Assembly (NCBI GenBank): GCA_964475625.1 | Contig: CAYYXK010000004.1 | Span: forward strand, 1-51,918 | Reading direction: 5' to 3' | DNA from: an uncultured Thermoplasmata archaeon | GTDB lineage: Archaea > Thermoplasmatota > Thermoplasmata > WALJ01 | DNA: 51,918 nucleotides | In this document: positions 19,489 to 30,548 of the stretch, piece by piece | Layout of the letters: every line of letters starts with the position of its first letter | Position numbering within the stretch: the first letter of the stretch is position 1 | Position numbers and translations under genes: made by a program | The notes under the pieces: generated by a model | Databases searched by the model: none | What the model saw: the letters and a program-made list of their open reading frames with translations, nothing else | What the model was told of the DNA's origin: nothing

Positions 19489-19551
19489 ACAAACCCTTTC
19501 TTATTTTCATATATTTTTTTATAAAAGAATATAAAATAGAAAGAAAATGGT
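19489..19551. terminator. AT-rich bidirectional terminator region between convergent operons
   Basis: T-tracts on the + strand and A-tracts (T on the - strand) between the dppF-like and porB stops. Confidence 0.5.
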
Positions 19552-20475
19552 TTATTGAAGGGCTTTTTCCAGAGCAAGGTCTTTTTTCCATTTCTCGCGG
19601 ACCCAGTTCTGGAGTATTTCTATCTGCTCTTCGCTCAGGTGTCTGAACCTTCCCTGCATTTTCAGATATTCCCGGACAGGTACGGCAAGTTCGCCGTTTT
19701 CGTCGAGCTTGGGCTTGACATTTATCGTCATGTTCCCGTTCTCATACTCATAGAGGGTCCACATACCTGTTTCCACGGCCTTCTTCGCGACCTCCACGGT
19801 CTTGTCAGGTGGCGACCTCCACCCCGTCGGGCATGTGGCATAGACCTGTATGTACCTGAATCCTTTCATGTTCTTAGCCTTCTCAAGCTTGGTGAGCAGG
19901 TCATTGGGATATGCTATGGAAGCTGTTGCCACATAGGGAACATTGTGCGCTATCATTATCTGCGGCACATCCTTTTTCATCTCTTCCTTACCTTTGATGA
20001 CCTTTCCGGCAGGGGTCGTCGTGGTCCATGCACCGAAGGGAGTCGAACCGCTTCTCTGGATTCCGGTGTTCATATATGCCTCGTTGTCATACATGATGTA
20101 GAGTATGTCCTCGTTCCTTTCGGCAGCACCGGATAGTGCCTGCATCCCTATGTCCGCAGTACCTCCGTCACCGGCTATTCCGACCACCAGTGTATCGTCT
20201 TTTCCGGAGGCTTTCAGAGCCCTCTTTATTCCTGCGGAGCAGACCGCAGTGTTCTCGAAGGCAACATGATGATACGGCACCTTCCATGAGATATTGGGAT
20301 ATGTTCCGCCGAAGACCAGAAGGCAGTTGGCAGGTGTATAGACAACGGTGTTCTTTCCAAAGACCTTCATGGCGTTTCTTGCGAATATTGCGGCACCGCA
20401 TCCCGGACAAGCAGTATGTCCCGATGTGAAGAGGTCTTCTTTCGGCAGGTCGTGTATTGTTTTCTTCGTGCTCAT
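19552..20475 (-). CDS. porB: Pyruvate/2-oxoacid:ferredoxin oxidoreductase beta subunit
   Basis: GHTACPGCG, GDGGTADIG, DNEAYMNTGIQRS, CPTGW. Substrate specificity not determinable. Confidence 0.9.
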   Translation of the reverse strand: MSTKKTIHDLPKEDLFTSGHTACPGCGAAIFARNAMKVFGKNTVVYTPANCLLVFGGTYPNISWKVPYHHVAFENTAVCSAGIKRALKASGKDDTLVVGIAGDGGTADIGMQALSGAAERNEDILYIMYDNEAYMNTGIQRSGSTPFGAWTTTTPAGKVIKGKEEMKKDVPQIMIAHNVPYVATASIAYPNDLLTKLEKAKNMKGFRYIQVYATCPTGWRSPPDKTVEVAKKAVETGMWTLYEYENGNMTINVKPKLDENGELAVPVREYLKMQGRFRHLSEEQIEILQNWVREKWKKDLALEKALQ

Positions 20476-21656
20476 GGGTTCACCCCCCTTGTTCCTATCC
20501 ATACAACCTCTTTTTCCGCCTTTCCTTTCTTTGCTGCTTCGAGGGTCTTCTCGAACATCAGCCTGACATCTGAGTACATAACATCTCTTCCTCCTAGTCC
20601 TGCGAGGAATCCTATGACCGGTTTTTCCATTCCATAGAGCGCATTTCTTGTTTCGATGAAGGCCGGGCCTCCTGCACTATAAGATATGGATTTGTCATAG
20701 ACTCCTATCGCATCCGCTTTTTCAGCGACATTTCTGAGCTCATCTCTCGGGAACGGTCTGAGGAACCTGAGCTTTACCAGTCCGACCTTTTTGCCCTCTT
20801 TCCTCATATCCATGACCACCTTCCTTGCGGTGGAAGTAACTGTTCCGAGTGTTATTAGGACCGCCTCGGCATCTTCGGTCATGAATTCCTCAATGAGTCC
20901 GTGATAGTCCCTTCCGAACTTCTTTGCGAATTCGTCATTGACCTCCCGTATGACCTTTCTGGATGCTTCCATGGCCTGTTCCGTCTGATACCTGAACTCC
21001 TGTATGTACTCCGGCGGAGAGAACACTCCTATCGCCATCGGGTCCTCGGGCCACAGGTGTGCATGTTCCGCCTTGTAATCCGGCAAGAAGTCATCTATGT
21101 CCTCCTGATTCGGGAATTCGACAGGCTCGTATGTGTGTGAGAGTATGAAGGCATCGAGATTCGGCATGAACGGCAGAAGAACTCTCTTGTCCTCCGCAAT
21201 CTTGTATCCTTGAATTATCATGTCGAAGACCTCCTGATTGTCCTCAACGAACATCATCATCCATCCGAGGTCCCTCTGCGGCATCACATCGTTGTATTCC
21301 GCCCATATGCCTATCGGTGCTGCAACTGTCCTGTTCACAACGGGCATAACTATCGGGAGCCTGAGGGGGGCGGGTATCGCGAGTATCTCGTGCATGAGCG
21401 CAAGTCCCTGAGATGCTGTTGCAGTGAAAGACCTGATACCTGTCGCTTCCGCAGAAACCGTCGCACTTATTGCACTGTGTTCGCTTTCGACCCTCATGAA
21501 TTCCGCAGTCATTATGCCATCGTTGACGAATTCGGATATATGTTCCACTATGAATGTCTGCGGCGTTATCGGGAATGCTGCTATGAACTTCACCTTGGCG
21601 CGGAGCGCTCCGTAGGCAGCCGCATAATTTCCACTTACAAGTTTCTTCATCGGCAT
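20472..21656 (-). CDS. porA: Pyruvate/2-oxoacid:ferredoxin oxidoreductase alpha subunit
   Basis: FPITPQT, VESEHSA, TATASQGLALM, GLGGRD. Confidence 0.9.
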   Translation of the reverse strand: MPMKKLVSGNYAAAYGALRAKVKFIAAFPITPQTFIVEHISEFVNDGIMTAEFMRVESEHSAISATVSAEATGIRSFTATASQGLALMHEILAIPAPLRLPIVMPVVNRTVAAPIGIWAEYNDVMPQRDLGWMMMFVEDNQEVFDMIIQGYKIAEDKRVLLPFMPNLDAFILSHTYEPVEFPNQEDIDDFLPDYKAEHAHLWPEDPMAIGVFSPPEYIQEFRYQTEQAMEASRKVIREVNDEFAKKFGRDYHGLIEEFMTEDAEAVLITLGTVTSTARKVVMDMRKEGKKVGLVKLRFLRPFPRDELRNVAEKADAIGVYDKSISYSAGGPAFIETRNALYGMEKPVIGFLAGLGGRDVMYSDVRLMFEKTLEAAKKGKAEKEVVWIGTRGVNP

Positions 21657-21661
21657 TCTTA

Positions 21662-22579
21662 TCACCTCTCCATGGTTATCGCCTTTGTCGGGCACTCATT
21701 CGCACATATCCCGCATCCTTTGCAGTAATCATAGTTTATAACTATGCCCTTCACATCCTTTCCTTCGTTCTCAGGCAGGTTCATAAGCATCTCTATCGTC
21801 CCTTCCGGGCAGTAGAACCAGCACAGCTTGCAGTTCACGCACTTGCTGTTATCGACAACAGGCATGAATGTTCTCCACGAACCGGTGTGATTCTCCACGA
21901 AGCTTCCGAGGCCGATAAGTCCCGCGTCTGTCTTCACTTCGAGGCCCAGTGAACCACCCACAGGGAATTCCTGAACCGTGGGAAGCCACTTCTTTTCCTC
22001 CGGATATTTCAGCGTTCCTTTGCATGTGCCCACTTCCGTCCGCTCATATGCGACCCTTGCGGCCTTTGCATTCTTTTCGGCGAGCCTTTCGCCTATTCTG
22101 GCTCCGAAGATATCCATTATTCCCTTCTCTATCGATTCAATGGAAACCGCTCCGGTCGCCTTTGCGAAAGCCCCCAGTATGGCACTGTTCGTTATCGGAG
22201 TACCGAGAACTTCGAGCGCAACTCCCGTGGCATCGACCGTGGCAGTCTTCACAGCCTTCCCCAGTTCTACTTCTTCCGGTTTCAATGCAGTATTTATTAT
22301 CGCCATTCCGCCGTCCTTCAATCCTTTTGTAACATCCACAAGCTGCGGGAGTTTATCATCGAGAACGACCACATAGTCCGGTTCATAGACCTGCGTCTTT
22401 TCGTATATTTTTCCCTTGTCGACCCTTGCGAACGCCAGGACCGGAGCGCCTCTTCTCTCTGCCCCGAAGAAGGGGAACGCCACTGCGTAATTCCCTTCTA
22501 TGAAGGCTGCGTCGGCGAGCGCCTGTGCCGCCATGACGGCACCCTGGCCGCCTCTTCCGTGAAACCGTACCTCGTACAT
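21662..22579 (-). CDS. Fused 2-oxoacid:ferredoxin oxidoreductase gamma + delta (ferredoxin) subunit
   Basis: [16 protein letters not shown] (gamma), followed in frame by [18 protein letters not shown] and [12 protein letters not shown] (delta). Confidence 0.9.
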   Translation of the reverse strand: MYEVRFHGRGGQGAVMAAQALADAAFIEGNYAVAFPFFGAERRGAPVLAFARVDKGKIYEKTQVYEPDYVVVLDDKLPQLVDVTKGLKDGGMAIINTALKPEEVELGKAVKTATVDATGVALEVLGTPITNSAILGAFAKATGAVSIESIEKGIMDIFGARIGERLAEKNAKAARVAYERTEVGTCKGTLKYPEEKKWLPTVQEFPVGGSLGLEVKTDAGLIGLGSFVENHTGSWRTFMPVVDNSKCVNCKLCWFYCPEGTIEMLMNLPENEGKDVKGIVINYDYCKGCGICANECPTKAITMER

Positions 22580-22714
22580 GTATGACCTCCTTTTTTGTGC
22601 CTGAATACCTACTGCTCATAAAGCTTTTGCCAGAAGGCATGCTGTCCGTAATGTAAAACCGCCCCTTTTCTTCAAAACATTTATAAAGTGGAAAGGGATT
22701 AGGGCGTTCGTGGT

Positions 22715-23329
22715 ATGATGGCATCCAAAAATAACGTTGATTGGATTGAGGCACTGGACGAGGAACTGCAAAAGACGCAACAGGAGATAGTCAAGGACAT
22801 CTCTCAGACGAGCCAGAAAAAGATAGACTTCACAAGGACTCTGCTGGCGGATATCTGGAGGATATGGCTGAGGTTCAACAGAATAAACATAACATTCAAG
22901 ATGGAGCCTGACCCGTACAGCTTCCTCAGATTCAAGTCATATCCCAATGAATGGGAACTGAAAGAGGATGGTGAAGTGGATTACGGCGCTCTCAACCATA
23001 TCTCTCTTATCGACGTTTCCCCGGTCCAGAACAGGACAGGCGATTCTCTCAAGGTACTTTTCTACCCCAAGGACGGTGAAACATACATAAAGATGATATT
23101 CGAGTTCTGTGAGGGTGAGCACTACTATAAACTTGCGGGATGGAAGAGAATATTTGTCCAGTATATACTCTATGAAGCCCCCCTCAAGAAAGCGAAGTTG
23201 GACGACATCCACGATATAATGGGTGATGTGGTAAAGACATGGTATGAGTCCCATCTCAGAAAGAACAGGGACATAATAATAGACCACATAAGATCCAAAT
23301 ATGTAAAAGGGGAAGAATTTCCCCAGTAA
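22715..23329 (+). CDS. Hypothetical protein
   Basis: 204-aa ORF with normal codon style, preceded by a TTTATAAA box at ~22681; no family recognised. Confidence 0.75.
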   Translation: MMASKNNVDWIEALDEELQKTQQEIVKDISQTSQKKIDFTRTLLADIWRIWLRFNRINITFKMEPDPYSFLRFKSYPNEWELKEDGEVDYGALNHISLIDVSPVQNRTGDSLKVLFYPKDGETYIKMIFEFCEGEHYYKLAGWKRIFVQYILYEAPLKKAKLDDIHDIMGDVVKTWYESHLRKNRDIIIDHIRSKYVKGEEFPQ

Positions 23330-23356
23330 AACCTCTTCTTCTCTGAGGCGATTTTT

Positions 23357-24247
23357 TTGAATCACTCCGTAAAGGAAGAAGCCAAAGACTGGATAAAGGA
23401 CATAGTTGTTGCCGTTGTTTTGATAAGTGTCGTAATGGCATCTCTTTATGCATATACCGGACTCTGGCCTCCGATGGTCGTCATAGAATCCGGAAGCATG
23501 CAGCACAGTGACGATACCAGCTACATAGGGGTTATCGATACAGGAGACATCGTCCTCTCGAGGAAAACCTCTTTCTCTGAAATAACCACCTATGTCGAAG
23601 GTAGGGCCTCGGGATACAAGACATATGGCGATTACGGCGATGTTATAATCTACCGGCCGTTGAACAGGGATGTCACACCCATAATACACCGGGCGGTGCT
23701 TTATCTCGAATGGAATGAAACAACATCGTTTGATGCCCCTTCATTGAAAGACCTGACCTACGGTACCGATTATATTACCGACAGCGGAACATGGCATGGA
23801 ATCCGCAGAGAGATAGAGATACGGGATTACGGCTATGAAAGCAAGGACCTCATCATTAGGGTGGACGGGCTCCTCAGATACCATCATTCTGGATATATAA
23901 GCGCAGGAGACCATAATGTTGCCAGAGGATACGGTGTTGACCAGAATACGGGCATCTGTCCCGAACCGATAAAGACCTCATGGATAATGGCAAAAGCGGT
24001 CGGTGAACTGCCGTGGTTCGGCCTGATAAAGCTGAGTTTCAGCGGAACATTGAGCAGCAATCCGGCACCATCCAACAGCTGGGTAATGCTTTTTATCTCC
24101 ATAGCACTTCTACTCATCATACCGAGCATCGTAGAGAAGATATGGGACAGAATAAAGAAAAATTATGCTGAAGAAGAAAAAGAAAGCCCGAACGAAGGGG
24201 ACAGAGGGAGAAATGAGCGCGATGAAGAGGATAAGGAAGAACAGTGA
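23357..24247 (+). CDS. Signal peptidase I (S26 family, archaeal type)
   Basis: TM then VVIESGSM (catalytic Ser), GDIV, PIIHRAV (His), GDHN; C-terminal TM. Confidence 0.88.
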   Translation: MNHSVKEEAKDWIKDIVVAVVLISVVMASLYAYTGLWPPMVVIESGSMQHSDDTSYIGVIDTGDIVLSRKTSFSEITTYVEGRASGYKTYGDYGDVIIYRPLNRDVTPIIHRAVLYLEWNETTSFDAPSLKDLTYGTDYITDSGTWHGIRREIEIRDYGYESKDLIIRVDGLLRYHHSGYISAGDHNVARGYGVDQNTGICPEPIKTSWIMAKAVGELPWFGLIKLSFSGTLSSNPAPSNSWVMLFISIALLLIIPSIVEKIWDRIKKNYAEEEKESPNEGDRGRNERDEEDKEEQ

Positions 24248-24290
24248 TTTCCACGAAAGGTATTTAATCGGGTACTCCTTGGGTGGCATA

Positions 24291-27200
24291 ATGAGGTTAG
24301 GACCTTTAATTGCATCTCTAATAATCTTTGCAGGAATATTTTCAGGCCTGCCCGTTTCGCATGCCGCGGTCAGCAGCAATGTATCTTTTCAGATACCGAC
24401 GGAAGGAGATTGGATAATATCATCTGGAGAATCTATATCTCTTGAGGGGCAATCCGTGGAAATAAAAGGTAATGTGATAATTGAGTCTGGGGGATCTCTT
24501 ACACTCCGGGCCGGTTCCACCCTGATAATAAATTCATCATACAACGGCGAATATGGGATATTCGTGGATACCGGTGCAACCTTCAATGTCATTGATTCCA
24601 AAGTCACAGGTCTTGAGAGGGATTATCGTGGAAAAATAGACTATGACCTTCATCAGGGTATGAACTTCATAAGTATTCCTTTTGAGAGAGAGAACAACAG
24701 TGTAAAAGAGGTTTTACAACCATTCGAAGGCCATTATTACAAGGCAATAATATATGATTCGTCAGAGAGAGACGACCCATGGAAGGCATATGTGCCTCCC
24801 AATATGACGGACTATGGAAACTATGCGGAGGAACTTCCTTTCTATTCATGGAATCTTACTGCATCCCAAAATTTAAAAGAAGATACACAGCCCCCATCCG
24901 TTCTGTTCACAATACCTGGAAATGATAGTGTCTCAGAGGTGGACCAGATGGTTTATTGCATATTCGATGAATCTCTGGACACATCACTGGTTCCCACTAT
25001 ACGACAGACAGATGGCATTCTCGTTGGTGATTTTCATTTCGAAGGATGGAGAAGCACATTTTCCAACAACGATACCGCAGTATGGAGTCATGTGGACTGG
25101 TTTGAAGACGATGATGTCACTATAGAGATATATGGATACCGCGATACCGCAGGAAACTGGGGGAATTCCAGCACATTTTCTTTTACAATATCTTCTTCAT
25201 CAGACCCCCTAATATCTCGAACCTCCCCCTCAGAGGGTGAAACAGATGTTAGTCCGGACACAGAGTTCAGGGTTGTTTTCGATAGGAGCATGGATACAGC
25301 TCTGACCCCGAACATAAGCGACCTGTCGGACAATAGCACATGGACATTTCTCGGATGGGCATCCACAAATGTTACGGATGATACCGCCACATGGTCTCAC
25401 AACTCGTGGCAAAGCGGCAGCCGCCACATCATCAAAGTATCCAACTATACGGATGCAGATGGAAATTCAGGGCCGGACCATTATGTGTTTTTCACGGTAA
25501 GAGATACGATAGATCCGTCCGTTATAGATTCTTTGCCATACGAAGGCTCGTTTTCCGTAAATCCGCTTTCCATTGTCAAATTGATATTCAGTGAAACAAT
25601 GAACGCTTCCTCGGTCCCGATACTGATACAGACCGAAGGAACAGACCCCGGTAACTGGACATTCCTGGGGTGGAACACCACATATGAAAAAGATGATACC
25701 GCAATATGGTCACACGATGCATGGCAGGACATGGAAAACATAAGTATAAGCGTATCAAATTACTCCGATGTGAGCGGGAACACCGGCCCGATATATTCAT
25801 GGTCATTCAAGGTCGGCGACCACAGACTACCTCGAATACGAGAGGTCTATCCACCTGATTTTTCCAGCGTCAATCCGAACGAACCCGTCAAAATCGTATT
25901 TGACAGCACCATGAATACACGAGAGATACCGGATATAAAAGACGACATGGGCACAGAATACACTTTTTCGGGGTGGGAAGACACATATGAGAATTCGGAC
26001 ACCGCGGTCTGGACACATTCCAATTGGACTGCCAACACCTCTTTAACCATATCCGTGTCCAACTATTCCGACTTATCCGAGATATCTCCCTTGGATGGCA
26101 TATATCTGTATATGAAAAATCCATTTTCCTTGAACATCACAGGTACGGTGGATGCGTATCCTTCGGCTCATTTCTATGAGGGTTGGAATGCAATGGGATA
26201 TCCGTTTCTCAATTCCGTGGAAGCAGCCAGTATTTTTTCATCGATAAACGGCGATTATGACATGATAAAAACATACAATGACACCGGTGCGGAAACATAT
26301 CTTAATTCCACGGAGATGATGCTACCCGGAAAGGGTTACCTGATACACATAACCGACGAGTCTCTATGGGCGGTCTCCGCATATTCTCTTTCGGAACTCG
26401 AGAACCTGTTTCCTCGTTTCGGTTGGGCATACTCCAACGGCAGCTCAGGCAACATACAGAACAGCCTCATCGCAGGCTGCGGATATCAATCGGGGGATAT
26501 GGGTGGTCTGGCAATACACTCGGACCTTGTAAAGGTCAGTTCAACCGAGTTCAGGAACGGATATTATGGCATGTATATTAAAGATTCGTCTCCCATAATC
26601 TCTACGAATACCATCCATAATTCCCATTATGCAATAGTTTCCGAAGATGCATCTCCCATCCTCTCCCAAAACACAATATTCTCCAACAGTGACGGAGGCA
26701 TAATCGTCATACGGGGTTTTCCGATAATAGCTTCGAATAATATATATTCAAACATCGGCGATGGTATAGGCCTTTACAATTCAACGGCGATATTGGATGC
26801 CAATACCTTATCAGGAAACATTCGTGCAGGGATCCGTATCGTTAACTCCAGCGCAGAGTTGAAAGACCAGATAATACGCAACAATCACGAGGGCATATTC
26901 GGAAAAAATGCGAACATATCCCTGAAAGACAGCACACTGGGCGGAAACTATGTCGGCCTCCATTCTTCCGAATCATATATCAACATAAGTTCCAACGACT
27001 TTTCCATGGAAACATACGACATCATGGCGAGCAATGGAAGCACCGGAAACATAATCGGAAATACAATGTCGTCTTCGGATCGGGCCCACATATCATGTGA
27101 TAACGGCTCAGCACCTTTCATATACGGAAATATACTGATATCCGGCGATACGGGAATTTATGTGAGTTCATCCCGTCCCGACATACAAAACAATATAATC

Positions 27201-29066
27201 GGACAGAACATAGGAAGCGGAATACAGGTTCAGAACAGTCACGAAGTGAATATAACTTCGAACACGATATCCAGCAACGGATGGGCCGGCGTATATCTGG
27301 ACAGCTCTTCAGCGAATATAGAAAAAAATAACATATATTCTAACGATTTTGGGATAGCATCCTTCGGTTCTTCCCCGTCCATAATCAACAATACCATATC
27401 TTCCAATCGATGGTACGGAGCCTCTTTTGTGTATTCCGATGCGTTTATCGAAAACACGACTTTCATAAAAAACCAGTGGTACGGGATACTTTCCAGCTAT
27501 TCCACATGCGAGATAAGGAACAGTACGATACGGAACAGTACATATCAACTGTACTTAACTCATAATTCAAGGACGGATGCGGTTAATTCGAGGATAAATG
27601 AAGAGAATGTGCACCTCGATTTCACTTCCGTACTTTATGTGGAGTATTTCCTCAATATAATGGTCAAAGACAGTATGGGCAATCTCATCAACGGTGCGAC
27701 ATACAGTATAACGGACCGGAATGGTGTCGCTATCGATTCCGGAGCATCGCACTACGGACATGCAACCGTCCCTCTCATCGCATATGTCTGCACATCCGCA
27801 GGTGTTTCCGATACATACAATCCCTATTCGATAACAGCACTCTGGGGAGATATATCGAAGCAGAAATATTTTTATCTCAACAATACGGTTTATGTCAATT
27901 TCTCATTTCCCTCCGTCGAATACAATGTGGATGAAGATTCGGAGACGAGTGCCATATTCGAAACGGATGAATGGTTCCCTCAATTTGAGAATGTCACTTT
28001 CGAGGTGCATTCACAGGAGGGTGTCATATGTTATGTGGTGAACGGAACAGTATATGTGCACCCAGATAAGAATTGGAATGGCATAGCTACGATAACAATA
28101 AATGCGGTAAAAAATACGAACAGTAGCGACAATTCATTCAATTCTTCCGTGATACTGTGGCAGTATCGTTTTGTTCTCAATGTAATTCCCGTGGATGACC
28201 CGCCTTCCATACTGGGAGAGCCACATGTATACATTTCAGGTGAGGAAACGGTGTTCTCCGTCACATATCAGGATATCGAGAACGAGGCCCCCGAATATGT
28301 ACGAGTTGTGATCGACGGAAAACAGCACGACATGTATCCGGAAGATATGGGTGATACGAATTATGTGGATGGAAAAGCCTACATTTACAAGGCCCGGATT
28401 TCTCAGGGAGAGCACACTTACTACTTCCAGATAAGCGACGGCGTCAACAAAGTGTCCACGGAAGAAGAGACCACGAATGTGCAGTACACACTCGACATAG
28501 TCGCATATGCCATCTATTTCTTCATTCTTATGGGCCTTCTTATAGTTGTTTTTGTCGCATATCGTATCCGTAAGTTAAAGAAGTCGGCATCTCCGGAAGA
28601 CGATAGCGCTGCATCACCGGGAAGAACCCCGTTTCTCATGGCCGGTCCGGCATTGGACAAGAGAATGGCCATAAGACGTACGGATGCGGGATTCGATAGA
28701 CCGGAAGAGGAAAAGAACCCCACGCCGCACAGCAGCATAGACAAGATAACAAAATCCGAAGAGATTCCCGATGAGGACGCACCTTCGGGTAAAGATATGG
28801 TCCTTCCTCCCGTTTCATCCTCTTTGGAAGAAGAGCCCTCCGAGTCCGAGCCGATACCGGCGGAAGATGCGGAGAAAGAGCCACCGAAGAAGGAACCCAA
28901 ATACGGGCACAAGAGATATCTGGAGCTGACAAAGAAACACAGGAAGATGCGCGTTCTCGTTGAGGATAGGGACAAATACAGGCTTTCTCCCGAGAGCGAA
29001 GAGAAGGATATCATGGGTCAGGAAGAGGATGTGGACGACATACTGCGCTCCATAAAAGGCGATTGA
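24291..29066 (+). CDS. Large membrane-anchored surface protein: right-handed beta-helix (NosD-like) plus four SbsA/Big_5-like Ig repeats
   Basis: Signal peptide MRLGPLIASL...SHA; four repeats ending DTAxWSH; many I.nN.i.sN..GI repeats; C-terminal TM and acidic tail. Confidence 0.85.
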   Translation: MRLGPLIASLIIFAGIFSGLPVSHAAVSSNVSFQIPTEGDWIISSGESISLEGQSVEIKGNVIIESGGSLTLRAGSTLIINSSYNGEYGIFVDTGATFNVIDSKVTGLERDYRGKIDYDLHQGMNFISIPFERENNSVKEVLQPFEGHYYKAIIYDSSERDDPWKAYVPPNMTDYGNYAEELPFYSWNLTASQNLKEDTQPPSVLFTIPGNDSVSEVDQMVYCIFDESLDTSLVPTIRQTDGILVGDFHFEGWRSTFSNNDTAVWSHVDWFEDDDVTIEIYGYRDTAGNWGNSSTFSFTISSSSDPLISRTSPSEGETDVSPDTEFRVVFDRSMDTALTPNISDLSDNSTWTFLGWASTNVTDDTATWSHNSWQSGSRHIIKVSNYTDADGNSGPDHYVFFTVRDTIDPSVIDSLPYEGSFSVNPLSIVKLIFSETMNASSVPILIQTEGTDPGNWTFLGWNTTYEKDDTAIWSHDAWQDMENISISVSNYSDVSGNTGPIYSWSFKVGDHRLPRIREVYPPDFSSVNPNEPVKIVFDSTMNTREIPDIKDDMGTEYTFSGWEDTYENSDTAVWTHSNWTANTSLTISVSNYSDLSEISPLDGIYLYMKNPFSLNITGTVDAYPSAHFYEGWNAMGYPFLNSVEAASIFSSINGDYDMIKTYNDTGAETYLNSTEMMLPGKGYLIHITDESLWAVSAYSLSELENLFPRFGWAYSNGSSGNIQNSLIAGCGYQSGDMGGLAIHSDLVKVSSTEFRNGYYGMYIKDSSPIISTNTIHNSHYAIVSEDASPILSQNTIFSNSDGGIIVIRGFPIIASNNIYSNIGDGIGLYNSTAILDANTLSGNIRAGIRIVNSSAELKDQIIRNNHEGIFGKNANISLKDSTLGGNYVGLHSSESYINISSNDFSMETYDIMASNGSTGNIIGNTMSSSDRAHISCDNGSAPFIYGNILISGDTGIYVSSSRPDIQNNIIGQNIGSGIQVQNSHEVNITSNTISSNGWAGVYLDSSSANIEKNNIYSNDFGIASFGSSPSIINNTISSNRWYGASFVYSDAFIENTTFIKNQWYGILSSYSTCEIRNSTIRNSTYQLYLTHNSRTDAVNSRINEENVHLDFTSVLYVEYFLNIMVKDSMGNLINGATYSITDRNGVAIDSGASHYGHATVPLIAYVCTSAGVSDTYNPYSITALWGDISKQKYFYLNNTVYVNFSFPSVEYNVDEDSETSAIFETDEWFPQFENVTFEVHSQEGVICYVVNGTVYVHPDKNWNGIATITINAVKNTNSSDNSFNSSVILWQYRFVLNVIPVDDPPSILGEPHVYISGEETVFSVTYQDIENEAPEYVRVVIDGKQHDMYPEDMGDTNYVDGKAYIYKARISQGEHTYYFQISDGVNKVSTEEETTNVQYTLDIVAYAIYFFILMGLLIVVFVAYRIRKLKKSASPEDDSAASPGRTPFLMAGPALDKRMAIRRTDAGFDRPEEEKNPTPHSSIDKITKSEEIPDEDAPSGKDMVLPPVSSSLEEEPSESEPIPAEDAEKEPPKKEPKYGHKRYLELTKKHRKMRVLVEDRDKYRLSPESEEKDIMGQEEDVDDILRSIKGD
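24880..26080 (+). repeat. Four tandem ~100-aa Ig-like repeats within the surface protein
   Basis: Each has P.V...P, F.(e/r/s)SM(d/n)T, F.GW, DTA.W(S/T)H..W, vSNY.D; spacing about 300 bp. Confidence 0.8.
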
Positions 29067-29067
29067 A

Positions 29068-30153
29068 TTGATCGGGTTCATAGTCAATCCGATAGCAGGA
29101 ATGGGAGGAAAGGTCGCACTGAAAGGCACGGACGGAGTTGTGCATGAGGCGATAAAGAGGGGTGCGGAACCCGTAAGTCCGGAAATTGCCATAAAATTCC
29201 TGAGGAACCTGAGATCACAGCCGGTTTTTTTGACCGCTTCCGGAAAGATGGGCGGATTCTATCTCAATGAGGCAGGTTTCGAGCACCGAATCGTATACGA
29301 AACAGGAAAAGAGACCACCGCCGAAGATACCAAGAATGCTGTCAGAGAGATGAAGCGCTCCGGTGCCGACATAATGGTATTTGTCGGGGGAGACGGCACG
29401 GCCAGAGATGTCGTTTCCATGCTCGCACATGATATGCCGATCCTCGGAATACCATCCGGGGTCAAGATGTATTCCTCATGTTTCGCATACTCGCCCGAAC
29501 AGGCGGCGGCCATGGCCGATGCGTTCGTCGAGGGAAGGGCATCTTTCAAGGAGGCCGAGATACTTGACATAGATGAGGATGCATATCGCAGGGGCGAGTT
29601 CAGCGTCAAACTGTACGGAACTGCGAGGGTTCCATATATCGAAGGTGCACTGCAGAGCGCAAAGGCGGAATATTCCGGCGGGGATGAGGAATCCGCAAAG
29701 GAGGAGATAGCGGAATACATCGCAGAGGAGATGGAGCCGGATGTTCTATACATAATCGGGGCAGGCAGCACGACCTCCGCAATAGCCCGGAAAATCGGAC
29801 AGGAGAAGACACTGCTCGGAATCGACGCATATATGAACGGAGAGCGCATAGCCGAGGATCTCGATGAGAGGTCGATACTCGGGCTTCTCGACACATATCC
29901 AAATGTAAGACTGATAATAAGCCCCATAGGAGCTCAGGGATTCATATTCGGGAGGGGCAACCAGCAGATAAGCCCCGAGGTCCTGAGGAGAATCGGAAAG
30001 GAGAATGTGATAATCGTTTCCACACCCGGAAAGATGGCATTCACTCCGGAACTGCATGTTTACACCGGCGATGCAGATACGGATGAATCCTTCAAAGGTT
30101 ATGCCCGGATACTCACGGGATACGGAAGATGGAAGATGAAAAAGGTCATTTAA
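29068..30153 (+). CDS. ATP-NAD kinase family protein (COG3199-like)
   Basis: [45 protein letters not shown]. Confidence 0.88.
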   Translation: MIGFIVNPIAGMGGKVALKGTDGVVHEAIKRGAEPVSPEIAIKFLRNLRSQPVFLTASGKMGGFYLNEAGFEHRIVYETGKETTAEDTKNAVREMKRSGADIMVFVGGDGTARDVVSMLAHDMPILGIPSGVKMYSSCFAYSPEQAAAMADAFVEGRASFKEAEILDIDEDAYRRGEFSVKLYGTARVPYIEGALQSAKAEYSGGDEESAKEEIAEYIAEEMEPDVLYIIGAGSTTSAIARKIGQEKTLLGIDAYMNGERIAEDLDERSILGLLDTYPNVRLIISPIGAQGFIFGRGNQQISPEVLRRIGKENVIIVSTPGKMAFTPELHVYTGDADTDESFKGYARILTGYGRWKMKKVI

Positions 30154-30544
30154 GTCTGTCCAGAGCATCTTCCACTATGGTTCTATGGTCGAAGGCAAGT
30201 TCGGGAAGCTCATTCAGCGGGAAGAAGCGCGCCTCTGAAGCATCGTCTCCGCCTTTCAGTCCCCCACCTGTCTTTTTCAGGAAATAGACCACACTCACGG
30301 TATGCCCTCTCGGGTCTCTTTCAGGGTCGGAATAGACACCCAGAAGACCGACTATCTCCGTTTTCAGCCCTGTTTCCTCCTGAACTTCGCGAACAACGGC
30401 CACTTCGGTCATCTCCCCGTATTCGACGAATCCGCCGGGGAGCGCATATCTTCCCTGAAAAGGCGGATTCCTTCTCTTTATCAGAAGTATTTTCCCGTCC
30501 TCAATGAGGACCCCGTCAACGGTTAGAGCAGGGTTTTTGTACAT
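30146..30544 (-). CDS. NUDIX hydrolase (ADP-ribose pyrophosphatase-like)
   Basis: Nudix box GGFVEYGE...REVQEETGL; RDPRGH; LAFDH. Confidence 0.92.
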   Translation of the reverse strand: MYKNPALTVDGVLIEDGKILLIKRRNPPFQGRYALPGGFVEYGEMTEVAVVREVQEETGLKTEIVGLLGVYSDPERDPRGHTVSVVYFLKKTGGGLKGGDDASEARFFPLNELPELAFDHRTIVEDALDRLK

Positions 30545-30548
30545 TTCA

